64,000 nt of DNA from Syntrophales bacterium (lineage in GTDB: Bacteria; Desulfobacterota; Syntrophia; Syntrophales; UBA4778). The first letter of the stretch is position 1; every line of letters starts with the position of its first letter. A program made the translations under genes and the position numbers. The notes below the pieces were generated by a model. It saw only the letters and a program-made list of their open reading frames with translations, searched no databases and had not been told where the DNA came from. Shown here piece by piece: positions 43,826 to 53,031 of this stretch. The DNA is taken from assembly GCA_028712885.1 (NCBI GenBank), contig JAQTPK010000006.1:14273-78272 (forward strand), written 5' to 3'.

Positions 43826-44709
43826 GACACATACCGGCGGACCATTCTGGAGCAGAAATCCGCGTAGGACTCCACCTCCCGGGGCGGACTGGTGTGGTGC
43901 GGGCGAACCCCTTTCTCCTCCGGCGTGAAACAGAAGGTCAGCGTGGTATCAAACTTTTCCAGCGCCTTCATCTGCCTGTCGAACCAGGCGTCCGCATCGG
44001 GACGGAAGCTGTCCGCCCAACTCAGTCCCGTGCGCAAATGCCTTACCCCGAGTCTCTCGAGCCAGAGGACTGCATCCCGCAGCCGATGGTCCTCGAAATG
44101 AAACCACTGGCATATGCCCATTTCGGGCGTATAGAGATGAAAACGCGCCAGCGCCTTTTTAGGCGAGCCGTCCTCGCGCAGAAGTCCCATATAGAAATGG
44201 CGGTAATAGGACGATCCTTCCGCCTCCCTATGCCTCGTCGTAGCCGGCCACGTCTTCGGCAGATCGAAAAGGCTGTACCAGTGGATGCGGGGCGTCTTCC
44301 CGATAAGGAGCTCGGCGGTTCTGCGCAGTCCGAACTCCTGGATCTCTTCGGCCCCGAACGTGGAGACTCCTGCTTCCGATACCCACACGGGGAGGGATGT
44401 AACGGTCCGGATTTCGTCGATCCTGTCCGGCCATTCATGAATGGCCCAGTGGTTCCAATCCAGTGGAAACCCGTGCACGGCGACGGCGTCCACGAGATTG
44501 AGGACCCCTTTCCGCCGCATGTTTTCAATAAACCTCGCGTCGATCGGCGAAATCCCCCCCAGGATCCTCTTGACCCGGGGGCATTCCGCGATAACGGCTC
44601 CGGCGGCGGTTTTCACCATTCTGGCATAGATATCCCAGTCGGGGTCCATTCCGAAATCCCAGTGGGACAGGTTGTTCGGCTCGTTCCAGAACATGACCGC
44701 TTCAACCAT
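43822..44709 (-). CDS. Clan GH-A-like (beta/alpha)8 glycoside hydrolase, apparently circularly permuted
   Basis: 'FWNEPNN' (acid/base motif) lies at residues 7-13. 'VWVSEAGVS' (nucleophile motif) lies near residue 112. The C-terminal ~100 aa ('ICQWFHFED..GVRHLRTGLSWADSFRP..TLTFCFTP..YADFCSRMVRRY') resemble strands 1-3 of such barrels. Confidence 0.6.
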   Translation of the reverse strand: MVEAVMFWNEPNNLSHWDFGMDPDWDIYARMVKTAAGAVIAECPRVKRILGGISPIDARFIENMRRKGVLNLVDAVAVHGFPLDWNHWAIHEWPDRIDEIRTVTSLPVWVSEAGVSTFGAEEIQEFGLRRTAELLIGKTPRIHWYSLFDLPKTWPATTRHREAEGSSYYRHFYMGLLREDGSPKKALARFHLYTPEMGICQWFHFEDHRLRDAVLWLERLGVRHLRTGLSWADSFRPDADAWFDRQMKALEKFDTTLTFCFTPEEKGVRPHHTSPPREVESYADFCSRMVRRYVS

Positions 44710-45451
44710 GCCGCGCCTCCATTATTTTTCTGCAGATGAAAACTTCCTCCTCGGGCCTTTCGGTAATCGAGAATCCCGCGCTCCGGAGCATTGCCTCGGC
44801 GCAGGCTCGATTGGGGATCCACCAGTTGGTCGGGTCCCCGGCGTATTTTTCCTCGATAAAGTACATCTGCGGAAACCCCGGCTCCAGGAAGACGTCCTTT
44901 TCCCAGAACTCGTAATCCACTTCGACCGGTGTTCCGTTCCTTTCCCCCCTGAGCATCGTCTGGAAAACGAAAAAATCCTTTACGACGTGCTTATTGATCA
45001 GGTCCAGGGCAAGCAGGGGATGGCGCAGGTGATAGAGCACGCCCAGAAAGAGAACGAGGTCGAACTTTTCGCGCAGGTCCGCTATCTCGTAAACCGACAT
45101 TTCCCGGAATTCTATTTCGATCCCGCAGATTTCGGCCGCGAAGCGCGCCTGCGCAAGGTACCCCTCGTCGTTGTCTATACCGACCACGCGGCTCGCCCCC
45201 CGCCGCTTCATTTCTATGGAATAGAATCCGGCGTTGCACCCTATATCCAGAACGGTCCAGCCGCTGAGGTTTCGCGGGATGGAGCCGGAAAACTTTTTCC
45301 ATTTATTGGCCGGATAGTCGCCGAGAAAATGTCCGGGGGCGGTAATGACGCCGTTCAAATCGATGTTCTGGAACCATTCCCCGAGATCGCGTATCCGTCG
45401 GCTGATCTCCGCCTTGCTCAATTTTCCGCTCCCCGCCGAATCTCCCGCCAC
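44702..45451 (-). CDS. SAM-dependent methyltransferase, CmoB/DUF1698-like
   Basis: 'RIRDLGEWFQNIDL..G', 'VLDIGCNAGFYSIEMKRRGASRVVGIDND', 'FDLVLFLGVLYHLRHPLLAL', 'NWWIPN'. Confidence 0.8.
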   Translation of the reverse strand: MAGDSAGSGKLSKAEISRRIRDLGEWFQNIDLNGVITAPGHFLGDYPANKWKKFSGSIPRNLSGWTVLDIGCNAGFYSIEMKRRGASRVVGIDNDEGYLAQARFAAEICGIEIEFREMSVYEIADLREKFDLVLFLGVLYHLRHPLLALDLINKHVVKDFFVFQTMLRGERNGTPVEVDYEFWEKDVFLEPGFPQMYFIEEKYAGDPTNWWIPNRACAEAMLRSAGFSITERPEEEVFICRKIMEARHG

Positions 45452-45457
45452 GTCGCG

Positions 45458-46207
45458 TCACCTCTGCCCCGGTACGGCGCCCTCGTTCTCGAGGAGCACG
45501 GCTGCCTCCCGGAAACCGCTCAGGGTACCCACGTCGACATACGACTCCCCCGCGCAAACGCCGTGGGCAACGCCCCCTCGTTCGATAAATGCGTTGACCA
45601 GGCTGCCGAAATATTCATCCACCCCTCCCCGTTCGCGCCAGAGTTCGTGGAGCGCGTGCAGCACCGATCCCGGAAATTTGAATGCCCCCCAGATCCATCG
45701 CGACCCGGCGTCCCGCCGCTTGACCCGGACCTCCAGCACCCGATTCGCCCCGTCCATCAGGACGGCGTCGAACCGCTCGGGGTGATCCACGGGGAAAAGA
45801 AGAAAGGAAAACCTGTGGTCCTCGAGCCGGCAAAGCGCGTCCCCCGGAAACCAGACGGTATCAGGAAGTCCCACGATGGCTTGCTCCTCGGAATGCACAA
45901 GCGGCGCAGCCTGGAAGATCGCATCACACAGTCCTGCGGGCCTGGACTGAACGGCGTAGAAAATTCGGGCCGGCGGCGCCTCGCCTCCATAGTAGCTGAG
46001 AATGTCCGATTTCTCCGGTGAAATAACGAAGCAGATTTTCCTGACGCCTCCCCGCACCATGCGGTCCACCAGGTACTCGCTGACCGCCCGCGGCCTCTCC
46101 AGTTCTCCCTCCCGCCGGCTCCCTACCGGAAGGAGTTCCTTGGAAAAGGCAAGCGGCTGAATCCTGCTCCCCGCGCCTGCTGCCGGAATGATGCCCCACA
46201 TGCTCAA
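45458..46207 (-). CDS. Sugar-phosphate nucleotidyltransferase
   Basis: 'WGIIPAAGAGSRIQPLAFSKELLPV' is the G-x-G-t-R-l signature of NTP_transferase enzymes. Confidence 0.8.
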   Translation of the reverse strand: MSMWGIIPAAGAGSRIQPLAFSKELLPVGSRREGELERPRAVSEYLVDRMVRGGVRKICFVISPEKSDILSYYGGEAPPARIFYAVQSRPAGLCDAIFQAAPLVHSEEQAIVGLPDTVWFPGDALCRLEDHRFSFLLFPVDHPERFDAVLMDGANRVLEVRVKRRDAGSRWIWGAFKFPGSVLHALHELWRERGGVDEYFGSLVNAFIERGGVAHGVCAGESYVDVGTLSGFREAAVLLENEGAVPGQR

Positions 46208-47268
46208 GCTCCGGATGATTTAAGAATTTCCTCAAGGTCGCGGCTGCGCTTCTCGGCGGTATGCGAGGCCAGCGCCCTTTCCCTCGCGGCCCTGCCGATC
46301 GCCGCCACGTTTTCAACAGGAAGCTTCAGGATCGAAACGGCCTCTTCCGTGGAGCGGGCGATCAGTATTTCCCGTCCCGGTTCAAAGAATGCTTCCAGGC
46401 CGTCCCAGTAATCGCTCATGACAGGCACTCCGCAAGATGCAGCTTCGAACAGCCTCCCGGACGGGCAATAGCCCATTCTGGCCATTGCGGCCCTCGTGAC
46501 GTTCAGGGTCAGCCGTGAAGAGCAGTAGAATCGGGAGTGGTCGGGCGGCGCAACGTGCCTCTTGAAATGTATATTCGGCGTCCAGGGGAAATCAGGCGGA
46601 TACAGGGATCCCCCGATCATGAATCTGCGGCCGGGCAGTCGCCGGGCCGGGTTGACCAGAAGCATCTCCAGCGCGTCCTGGCGGTCACCCGAATACGTGC
46701 CCAGATAGGACATGTCGACTACCTCCTCCGCAGTCACGGCAACGGGGCGATGGACCTCCGGGTCGACGCTTCCGTACAGCGGCGCTACCCGACCGGCCCC
46801 GAGCCGGTCCCGCAGCGCCTGCATCGCCGCTCCCCCGGTGTAGCTGAGCACGAGATCAAACCCGGCCAGCCCTCGGCGCCCTATGTAGGCGACGTCCTCC
46901 CCCTTTTCCAGACTGTCGAGCGTTACAGGGGAATCGAGATCGTAAAAGACGCGGAGAGCGCCGGATGAAAGCACCAGTTCCGTGGCGGGCAGGGCGTCCG
47001 GGCAGTAGGATGTCACTATACCCGCATCCGCTCCGGCGAGGCGGCGCTCGGCGACAGGAAGCGCTTCCTTCCAATCCTGGTAGAGGACCAGTTCGCCGCC
47101 GCTGAGTTCCTTCAAGTCCCGATGCAGGGAATAGTAGGGGACGTCGCGTTCAAAAAATACGATGTCGTGGCCGCGCCGGATCAGGTTCCGGCAAAGGCCC
47201 CGCCAGAGCGTGGCATGCCCGTTGCCCCAGGACGAGCTTATCGTCAACCCGAAAATCACGATTTTCAT
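46204..47268 (-). CDS. CgeB-like glycosyltransferase, paralogue A
   Basis: 'MKIVIFGLTISSSWGNGHATLWRGL..RGHDIVFFERDVPYY' and 'FEAASCGVPVMSDYWDGLEAFFEPGREILIA'. Confidence 0.7.
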   Translation of the reverse strand: MKIVIFGLTISSSWGNGHATLWRGLCRNLIRRGHDIVFFERDVPYYSLHRDLKELSGGELVLYQDWKEALPVAERRLAGADAGIVTSYCPDALPATELVLSSGALRVFYDLDSPVTLDSLEKGEDVAYIGRRGLAGFDLVLSYTGGAAMQALRDRLGAGRVAPLYGSVDPEVHRPVAVTAEEVVDMSYLGTYSGDRQDALEMLLVNPARRLPGRRFMIGGSLYPPDFPWTPNIHFKRHVAPPDHSRFYCSSRLTLNVTRAAMARMGYCPSGRLFEAASCGVPVMSDYWDGLEAFFEPGREILIARSTEEAVSILKLPVENVAAIGRAARERALASHTAEKRSRDLEEILKSSGA

Positions 47269-47315
47269 TAAGCGTTCTCTCAGTCGCGTCGGAAAAGCGG
47301 GGATTACGGACGGGA

Positions 47316-48386
47316 TCAGCCGCCCGACAGCTCGGAAACGTATTCTTCAAGCTGGGCCGCCCTGTGCGCGGCCGTATGCTCCGAAAGCACCCGCAGCCGC
47401 GCCCGCTCGCCGATCAGGTATCTTTCTGTCTCGGGCATATCGCGTATCATCTCGAGCGTCTCATCGGCGGTGCGCGAAATCAGAATTTCCCTGTCCGGTT
47501 CGAAAATGGTTTCTATTCCGTCCCAGTAATCGCTGATAATGGGAATCCCGCAGCCCGCGGCTTCGAAGAGCCTGACGCTGGGAGAGTATCCCGCCGCAAC
47601 CATTGCGCTCCTGGTTATATTGAGGGTAAACCGCTGCGCGCCATAGAAGAGCTTGTGCTCGGCGGGATGAAGGTGGTGGACCCTGGCGACGTTCGCCGGC
47701 CAGACGGTCTCTTTCGGGTACATCGGCCCGGCGGCGATGAACCGGCCTTTTTGCCAGCGGCGGGCCGGCTGGAGCATCAGCTCTTCAAGGGCAACCTGGC
47801 GATCCTTGCTGTAGGTGCCCATGTAACCGAGATCCCAGACCTGCTCGCAGCAAACGGGATAATATTCAGCCGGGTCGAATGAGCAGAAAAAAGCCCTGGG
47901 CATTTTCGCCCTGAACTTCAGCGCCAGGACCTCCAGCGTCGGGCCTCCCGTAAAAGAAAGGTACAGATCGTAGGCAGGGATCAGCTTCCTGGTTATATAG
48001 CCGGGGCTGCCGTTTTCCAGCATTGCGAGCGTCACGGGAGTGTCGATATCGTAAAATGCCTTTATGCCGCCTGCGGTCCGGATGACCCACTCGCCGATTT
48101 CGGACCCGTCCGGAACGTACGAGCCGACTATTACCAATTCCGCTTCCCGTATTTCGGACACAAACCTGTCCTTCAGGTCCTTAAAGTCCCGGTACAGCCG
48201 AATCCGCCCGCAATCCCGCGGGCTGTCCCTGTTTGCGGCGTACCATGGGACGTCGCGCTCGAGAAACGTGACTTTATGCCCCCTTTCCGTGAGCTCCCGC
48301 GAGAGGCCGCGATAAGTCGTAGCATGCCCGTTCCCCCATGATGACGTGATTGACAGCCCCAGAATGACAATCTTCAGAGGATGCAT
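47316..48386 (-). CDS. CgeB-like glycosyltransferase, paralogue B
   Basis: Start at ATG 48386 (MHPLKIVILGLSITSSWGNGHATTYRGL..). 'FEAAGCGIPIISDYWDGIETIFEPDREILIS'. The 90 upstream track codons overprint paralogue C and are rejected. Confidence 0.7.
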   Translation of the reverse strand: MHPLKIVILGLSITSSWGNGHATTYRGLSRELTERGHKVTFLERDVPWYAANRDSPRDCGRIRLYRDFKDLKDRFVSEIREAELVIVGSYVPDGSEIGEWVIRTAGGIKAFYDIDTPVTLAMLENGSPGYITRKLIPAYDLYLSFTGGPTLEVLALKFRAKMPRAFFCSFDPAEYYPVCCEQVWDLGYMGTYSKDRQVALEELMLQPARRWQKGRFIAAGPMYPKETVWPANVARVHHLHPAEHKLFYGAQRFTLNITRSAMVAAGYSPSVRLFEAAGCGIPIISDYWDGIETIFEPDREILISRTADETLEMIRDMPETERYLIGERARLRVLSEHTAAHRAAQLEEYVSELSGG

Positions 48387-48388
48387 TT

Positions 48389-49453
48389 TCAACGGATTCC
48401 TCCATTGAACAGCATCTCGAGCTGCTCGGCCCGGTGCCGGTAGGTGTGTTGCGCCAACACTCTCCGCCTTGCGGCTTCGCCGATCCGCTTTGCGCCTCCG
48501 GGAGTCAGTCTCTCCAGCGCTTCGGCGACTTCGTCGCCGCCGCGGACCGTGATAACCTCCCGGCCGGGATCCAGAAATATTTCCATGCCCTCCCACCAGT
48601 CGGAGATTATGCAAGATCCCGCTCCGGCCGCCTCGAACACGCGCGTAGCCGGACAATAGCCGTAACAGGCCATGCTTTCGCGGCTGATGTTCAGAACGGC
48701 GCCGACACTCGAGTTGAATTCGTTGTGCTCGTCCGTATATACGTGCCCCAGCAGGCGCACATTAGCCGGCAGGCTGCGTTCTTCCCAGCCGCTCCCGCCG
48801 AGGAGAAACGATCTGCCGGGGCATCGTTCGGCTGCCCGGAAGAGAAACTCCTCCACCCTCTTTTCCCGGTCAGGCAAACGGTTTCCCAGAAATCCCAAAT
48901 CCGCCGCGAAGCGGGATGACGCGGGCACGGGATAATGGGTTGTAGAATCCAGCGCGTTGTATACCGGTACGCAATCCCGCGCGCCGTATTGCCGGTAGGC
49001 CCGGGCCACCGGTTCTCCTCCTCCATAGGTGAGGATCAGATCGTAACGGGGTATGAGAAGCCGGAAGGGATCGTTCCGGTTGCGGCCGATGCGGTCCAGC
49101 GTGGCGGGCGCGTCCACATCCCAGAATATTACCGAAGCAGGGGCTTTCTCCAGCACTGCAGATTCCAGGTATTCGTCAAAAACCCCGACCCCGCTCGCTT
49201 TAACAATCAGGTCGGCCTGCCCGGCTTCTTCGAGAGCCGAATCCACACCCGGCCGGGATGCCTCATAAACCACCACCCTGGCCCAGGCCGGGTCCGGGAT
49301 GTCCCGGTGCTGCTGGCGTCCATACGCGTCAGGCTCGTAAAAAGTGACACGGTGGCCCCGCAGATCGAGCTCCCGGATTATGCCGCGATAGTAGGTGGCT
49401 GCGCCGTTCCAGTACGCCGAAACCAGGCTTGAACCGAAAAAGGCTATTTTCAT
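48389..49453 (-). CDS. CgeB-like glycosyltransferase, paralogue C
   Basis: Start at ATG 49453 (MKIAFFGSSLVSAYWNGAATYYRGI..; ATGA overlap). 'FEAAGAGSCIISDWWEGMEIFLDPGREVITV'. Confidence 0.7.
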   Translation of the reverse strand: MKIAFFGSSLVSAYWNGAATYYRGIIRELDLRGHRVTFYEPDAYGRQQHRDIPDPAWARVVVYEASRPGVDSALEEAGQADLIVKASGVGVFDEYLESAVLEKAPASVIFWDVDAPATLDRIGRNRNDPFRLLIPRYDLILTYGGGEPVARAYRQYGARDCVPVYNALDSTTHYPVPASSRFAADLGFLGNRLPDREKRVEEFLFRAAERCPGRSFLLGGSGWEERSLPANVRLLGHVYTDEHNEFNSSVGAVLNISRESMACYGYCPATRVFEAAGAGSCIISDWWEGMEIFLDPGREVITVRGGDEVAEALERLTPGGAKRIGEAARRRVLAQHTYRHRAEQLEMLFNGGIR

Positions 49454-50583
49454 GCATTCAGAACGCATCTTTTCTCCCCGTGTCCCGACGAATCCCTGCA
49501 GCCGATCTCGCGGCAGATATGCATAAGCTGATCAACCCTGTGAGCGCATGTATGCCGGCTGAGGACTGTCTCCAGCCCGGAAACCGAAAGCGAACGCGCC
49601 GTGTCAGGGTCGTTCAGAACCTGAAAAATCATTGCGGCGGTTTCGCTGCCGTTTTGAGCAATGAGAAAATCACGTCCGGGGCGAAACAGCCCCTCCGTAT
49701 CCTCCCAGGGGGAGCATATCAGCGGTATCCCGCACGCCAGGGCTTCAAAAACCCGGATCGTGGGTATTCCCCTGAGGTGCGTCACGTAAGGCCGGCGCGG
49801 AACGTGCAGCGCGGCCCGGAAGCAGGAAAAGATTTCCGGGACGCGGTAATTCGGGATCCACCCCTCGTAATCCAGTCCGGCCTCCTTGAGTCTGGTGCGG
49901 GCTTTATCGGGATACCTGACGCCGAAGGCGGCCGCCTTCAAATTAAGCATCCGGACCGGCCCAACGAGAAACTCCTCCAGCTCGCGGCTCCTTTCCCCGT
50001 CCCCCCAGTTCCCTATCCAGACCAGGTCCCGGAAACGTTCTCCCGCGTGCGGCCGAAAAAGACGGGTGTCCGCAGCTTCGTGCCAGACGAATACCCGCCC
50101 CGCCCAGTCCCTGGCTAGATAAAGTTGACGGACGGATTCGCCGAATGCCAGGACGCCGTCGTAACCGGACAAATCGCAAGCGGCGATTGCGTCCGGCTCG
50201 GTGATGGATCGGTGATGAGTGTCATGAAACAGAACACGCAAGGACGCATTCCCGGCCCGGTGCATGCCGATACGGGTCACAAGCTCCCGCGGGTTCCATT
50301 CGTGCACAATCGCCAGATCCTGCCGGTCCAGCTCCGCTTCAAGATCAATATGATCCAGCCGGTACCGCCTCACGCGCAGCTCCGGAAACATGAGGGCTGC
50401 CTCGCTCAATGCGGAAGCGCCGTGCTCCTGTACCAGGTTCCGGACGCTCCAGGCATTTTCTTCCTCGTACACCGATACATCGTGGCCCCGACCCGATAAC
50501 TCCCGTGCAACCCCGCGCAGAAAGTGGGCGTTGCCGTGATTCCAGTCGGAGAGAATCGAATGGCAGAAAATGGCTATTCTCAT
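49450..50583 (-). CDS. CgeB-like glycosyltransferase, paralogue D
   Basis: 'MRIAIFCHSILSDWNHGNAHFLRGV..RGHDVSVYE' and 'FEALACGIPLICSPWEDTEGLFRPGRDFLIA'. Confidence 0.7.
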   Translation of the reverse strand: MRIAIFCHSILSDWNHGNAHFLRGVARELSGRGHDVSVYEEENAWSVRNLVQEHGASALSEAALMFPELRVRRYRLDHIDLEAELDRQDLAIVHEWNPRELVTRIGMHRAGNASLRVLFHDTHHRSITEPDAIAACDLSGYDGVLAFGESVRQLYLARDWAGRVFVWHEAADTRLFRPHAGERFRDLVWIGNWGDGERSRELEEFLVGPVRMLNLKAAAFGVRYPDKARTRLKEAGLDYEGWIPNYRVPEIFSCFRAALHVPRRPYVTHLRGIPTIRVFEALACGIPLICSPWEDTEGLFRPGRDFLIAQNGSETAAMIFQVLNDPDTARSLSVSGLETVLSRHTCAHRVDQLMHICREIGCRDSSGHGEKRCVLNA

Positions 50584-50589
50584 ATCCGC

Positions 50590-51744
50590 TCACTGGAGAC
50601 TGCGGGGCTTCGGTTGAAAAATCCCGTTTTGCCGGGGCCGGAAATAACCTTCGTTGAGATGCCACCCTTCCAGCAACTCGCGGTAAATCGCAAGATATCC
50701 CGCAGCCATCTGCGATGGGGTGAACTCAAGCGCCCTGCTTCGGGCCCGGGCCGCCATTTCCCTCCTCAGGCCGGGTTTCGAGATCAGAATCTCCACTGCT
50801 CCCCGGAAATCTTCCTCGTCACGGGGCTCCACAAACATCGCAGCGCCGTCCCAGATCTCCCTCAGGCTCGGAATATTCCCGAGAACCAGCGCGCAGCCGC
50901 AGAGGGCCGCCTCGAGCGGCGTATACCCGAAAGGCTCGTAGAGCGCCGGCAGGACGTAGATGGAGGCCCGCGCAAACCAGGCCGAGAGTGAAGAAGCGGA
51001 AAGCTGTCCGAGGGAACGGATCGGGGATCCGGACGGCATTTCGCCGCGGTCTTCGCCGGCGGCATATACAGGCCAGGACAGTTTCGGGGCCGCCCTTATG
51101 ACGGTCCGCAGGTTCTTGGCCTCATCCCATAGTCTTCCGGCCATAAGGATTATTTCTTCCTTTCGGCCGGGGCAGAACACCCTCGGATTCCTTCCGTTAT
51201 ACACGACCCGGCCGGAAGGAATTTCCCCGTAATGCTTGTAGAGCATCCACATCATGGCCTTAGACGGGCTCACGACGATGTCCGACGAGAACAGGCCTCC
51301 GGCTACGATCCGCCGGTAGGCATCCCAGTACGCAGGAGCGGGCCCGCCGTAAACGGCGTCCCACCAGGAAAGCACGCAGGAGTGCCCCACAACTATTTTC
51401 GGACTTTTCCAGGGGAGCGAGGCATGGGCAAAGCCGTTCAGATGGATTATTTCAGGGCGAAGTTTTTCCTCCAGGTCAAGCAGCCAGGCTCCCGCTCTTT
51501 CCACATCCGCCCAGGAATCCTCCATCCATTCCAGCTTGTATTCCCCTTCATGAAGCTGAATATCCGGAATGCGCCCGGCTTCTTCGCGCCGGCCGGCCGT
51601 GAGCGGGGCGCCCATTACGGCCAGCGAGGTTTGTATCCCGTAATCGGAGAGGGCCCTGGCCAGTTCGAGAGAATACGTCCAGACTCCGCCGACGGCATCG
51701 GCCGTCATTAAAACGCGTCCCGGCTTCGGATCATATCGGTACAT
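50590..51744 (-). CDS. Glycosyltransferase family 4 (GT-B)
   Basis: 'VLMTADAVGGVWTYSLELARAL' and 'PALYEPFGYTPLEAALCGCALVLGNIPSLREIW' (E-x7-E region). Confidence 0.8.
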   Translation of the reverse strand: MYRYDPKPGRVLMTADAVGGVWTYSLELARALSDYGIQTSLAVMGAPLTAGRREEAGRIPDIQLHEGEYKLEWMEDSWADVERAGAWLLDLEEKLRPEIIHLNGFAHASLPWKSPKIVVGHSCVLSWWDAVYGGPAPAYWDAYRRIVAGGLFSSDIVVSPSKAMMWMLYKHYGEIPSGRVVYNGRNPRVFCPGRKEEIILMAGRLWDEAKNLRTVIRAAPKLSWPVYAAGEDRGEMPSGSPIRSLGQLSASSLSAWFARASIYVLPALYEPFGYTPLEAALCGCALVLGNIPSLREIWDGAAMFVEPRDEEDFRGAVEILISKPGLRREMAARARSRALEFTPSQMAAGYLAIYRELLEGWHLNEGYFRPRQNGIFQPKPRSLQ

Positions 51745-51750
51745 AATGTT

Positions 51751-53031
51751 TTATCTCCTTTCCAAAATTGAAAGCGGCAGAGGTTTCCTGGTTTGAAGAT
51801 CGCTGAGTATCGGATTGGTTTCGAGATAATAACCGAGCGCTTTTTCCCATGCCTCCTCATCGGGCTCTCCCCACCGGAGGCTGTATTCGCGGCTGCCCGG
51901 GTAAGGAAAGAGGGGCACGGGGTCATTGATCCATACCCCCCGGTCCCGCAGGGTGCTTGACCACTGCGCGATTTCCGAGGGATCATCTCCTGTTTCCATC
52001 AAGGTAGCCTGGACAAAAGGAATTTTCTTCCTTGCATATGCGAGGCGTTCGATCAGGCGGCCTCCGTCGAGCCGCGAAGTCTTTTGCAGCCTGCTCCGGC
52101 CCCGGGAGGTTATGCTCTCCACCCCGGCTTCGATGGAAACGCATCCCGCCCCGCCCAGTCTGTCCAGGCCCGCTTCGCTCCAGAAATCTATCCGCGTCTG
52201 GACTCCGAAACGAATGTTCCTCCGCTCCAACTCGCGCAGAAATTTCCGGTCCGGAAGAAAGATCTCGTCAATAAAATAGATGTAGCGGACCCCCCTTTCG
52301 ATCAGGCAGTCAAGCTCCGCCAGCACCTTCTCCGCGGGCCTCCTCCTGTATTCGCCCCGGAAATTATTTCTTGCGCAGAAAGTGCACCCGAAAGGGCAGC
52401 CGCGGGATGACTCGATTTCGGCTCCGAGCCCCGCCCCGGCGCCCGCATCGAACCGGTGGTGGTGATGAATATGCCTGTCGAGCAGACGCTGCGGCCAGGT
52501 GATTGCCGGAAGCGCGGAAAGGTCGGCAACCGCAGTGCCGGGATTCAGCCGAACCCCGCTCTTTCCGGCAAAGGCGAGGCCGGGGACTCTTTCCCATTCC
52601 GCCCTCCCGTCGAGAAGGTGCAGAACCGATTCGAATTCACCGACAACGGCAATGTCCGCCTCCATTTTTTTCAGCACGGCCGCGGGAGTCACGGACGCGT
52701 GCGGCCCGACGGCGATGAGCGTCGCCCCGATTGGGCTCAGCAATCTCGCGGTCTGCATGGGAACGCGCAGCTCCGGCTGAGGACAGCGCCAGAAGAGATA
52801 TGTCGGAGCGGTCGCAATGATTATGAAATGCGGCGAAAAGTATTCTGCTTTCTCCACCAGCTCAAACGGAGAAATACTCTCAAGGTGCGCGTCAAGGATA
52901 AGTACGGCATGCCCCTCCCTCTCGAGTACGGCGCCGGCATATCCGAATTCCAGCGGAAGATGGGGCTCCCGGCAGCCGAAATAAACGCTGCCTTCGAAAT
53001 CCCAATCCGGATTGACCAGGGCGTATCTCAT
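51751..53031 (-). CDS. B12-binding-domain radical SAM enzyme (second one in window)
   Basis: 'HAVLILDAHL..PHFIIIATAP..LIAVGPHASV' is the cobalamin-binding-like domain. 'SSRGCPFGCTFCARNNF' is the CxxxCxxC cluster. Confidence 0.8.
   Translation of the reverse strand: MRYALVNPDWDFEGSVYFGCREPHLPLEFGYAGAVLEREGHAVLILDAHLESISPFELVEKAEYFSPHFIIIATAPTYLFWRCPQPELRVPMQTARLLSPIGATLIAVGPHASVTPAAVLKKMEADIAVVGEFESVLHLLDGRAEWERVPGLAFAGKSGVRLNPGTAVADLSALPAITWPQRLLDRHIHHHHRFDAGAGAGLGAEIESSRGCPFGCTFCARNNFRGEYRRRPAEKVLAELDCLIERGVRYIYFIDEIFLPDRKFLRELERRNIRFGVQTRIDFWSEAGLDRLGGAGCVSIEAGVESITSRGRSRLQKTSRLDGGRLIERLAYARKKIPFVQATLMETGDDPSEIAQWSSTLRDRGVWINDPVPLFPYPGSREYSLRWGEPDEEAWEKALGYYLETNPILSDLQTRKPLPLSILERR

Noticed and set aside
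42741-43832. N-terminal half of the 698-aa track ORF 41736..43832
   Set aside because: Arg/Gly-rich out-of-frame read-through of the GT4 gene. The genuine GNAT protein starts at ATG 42740 (TAATG junction with the GT4 stop).
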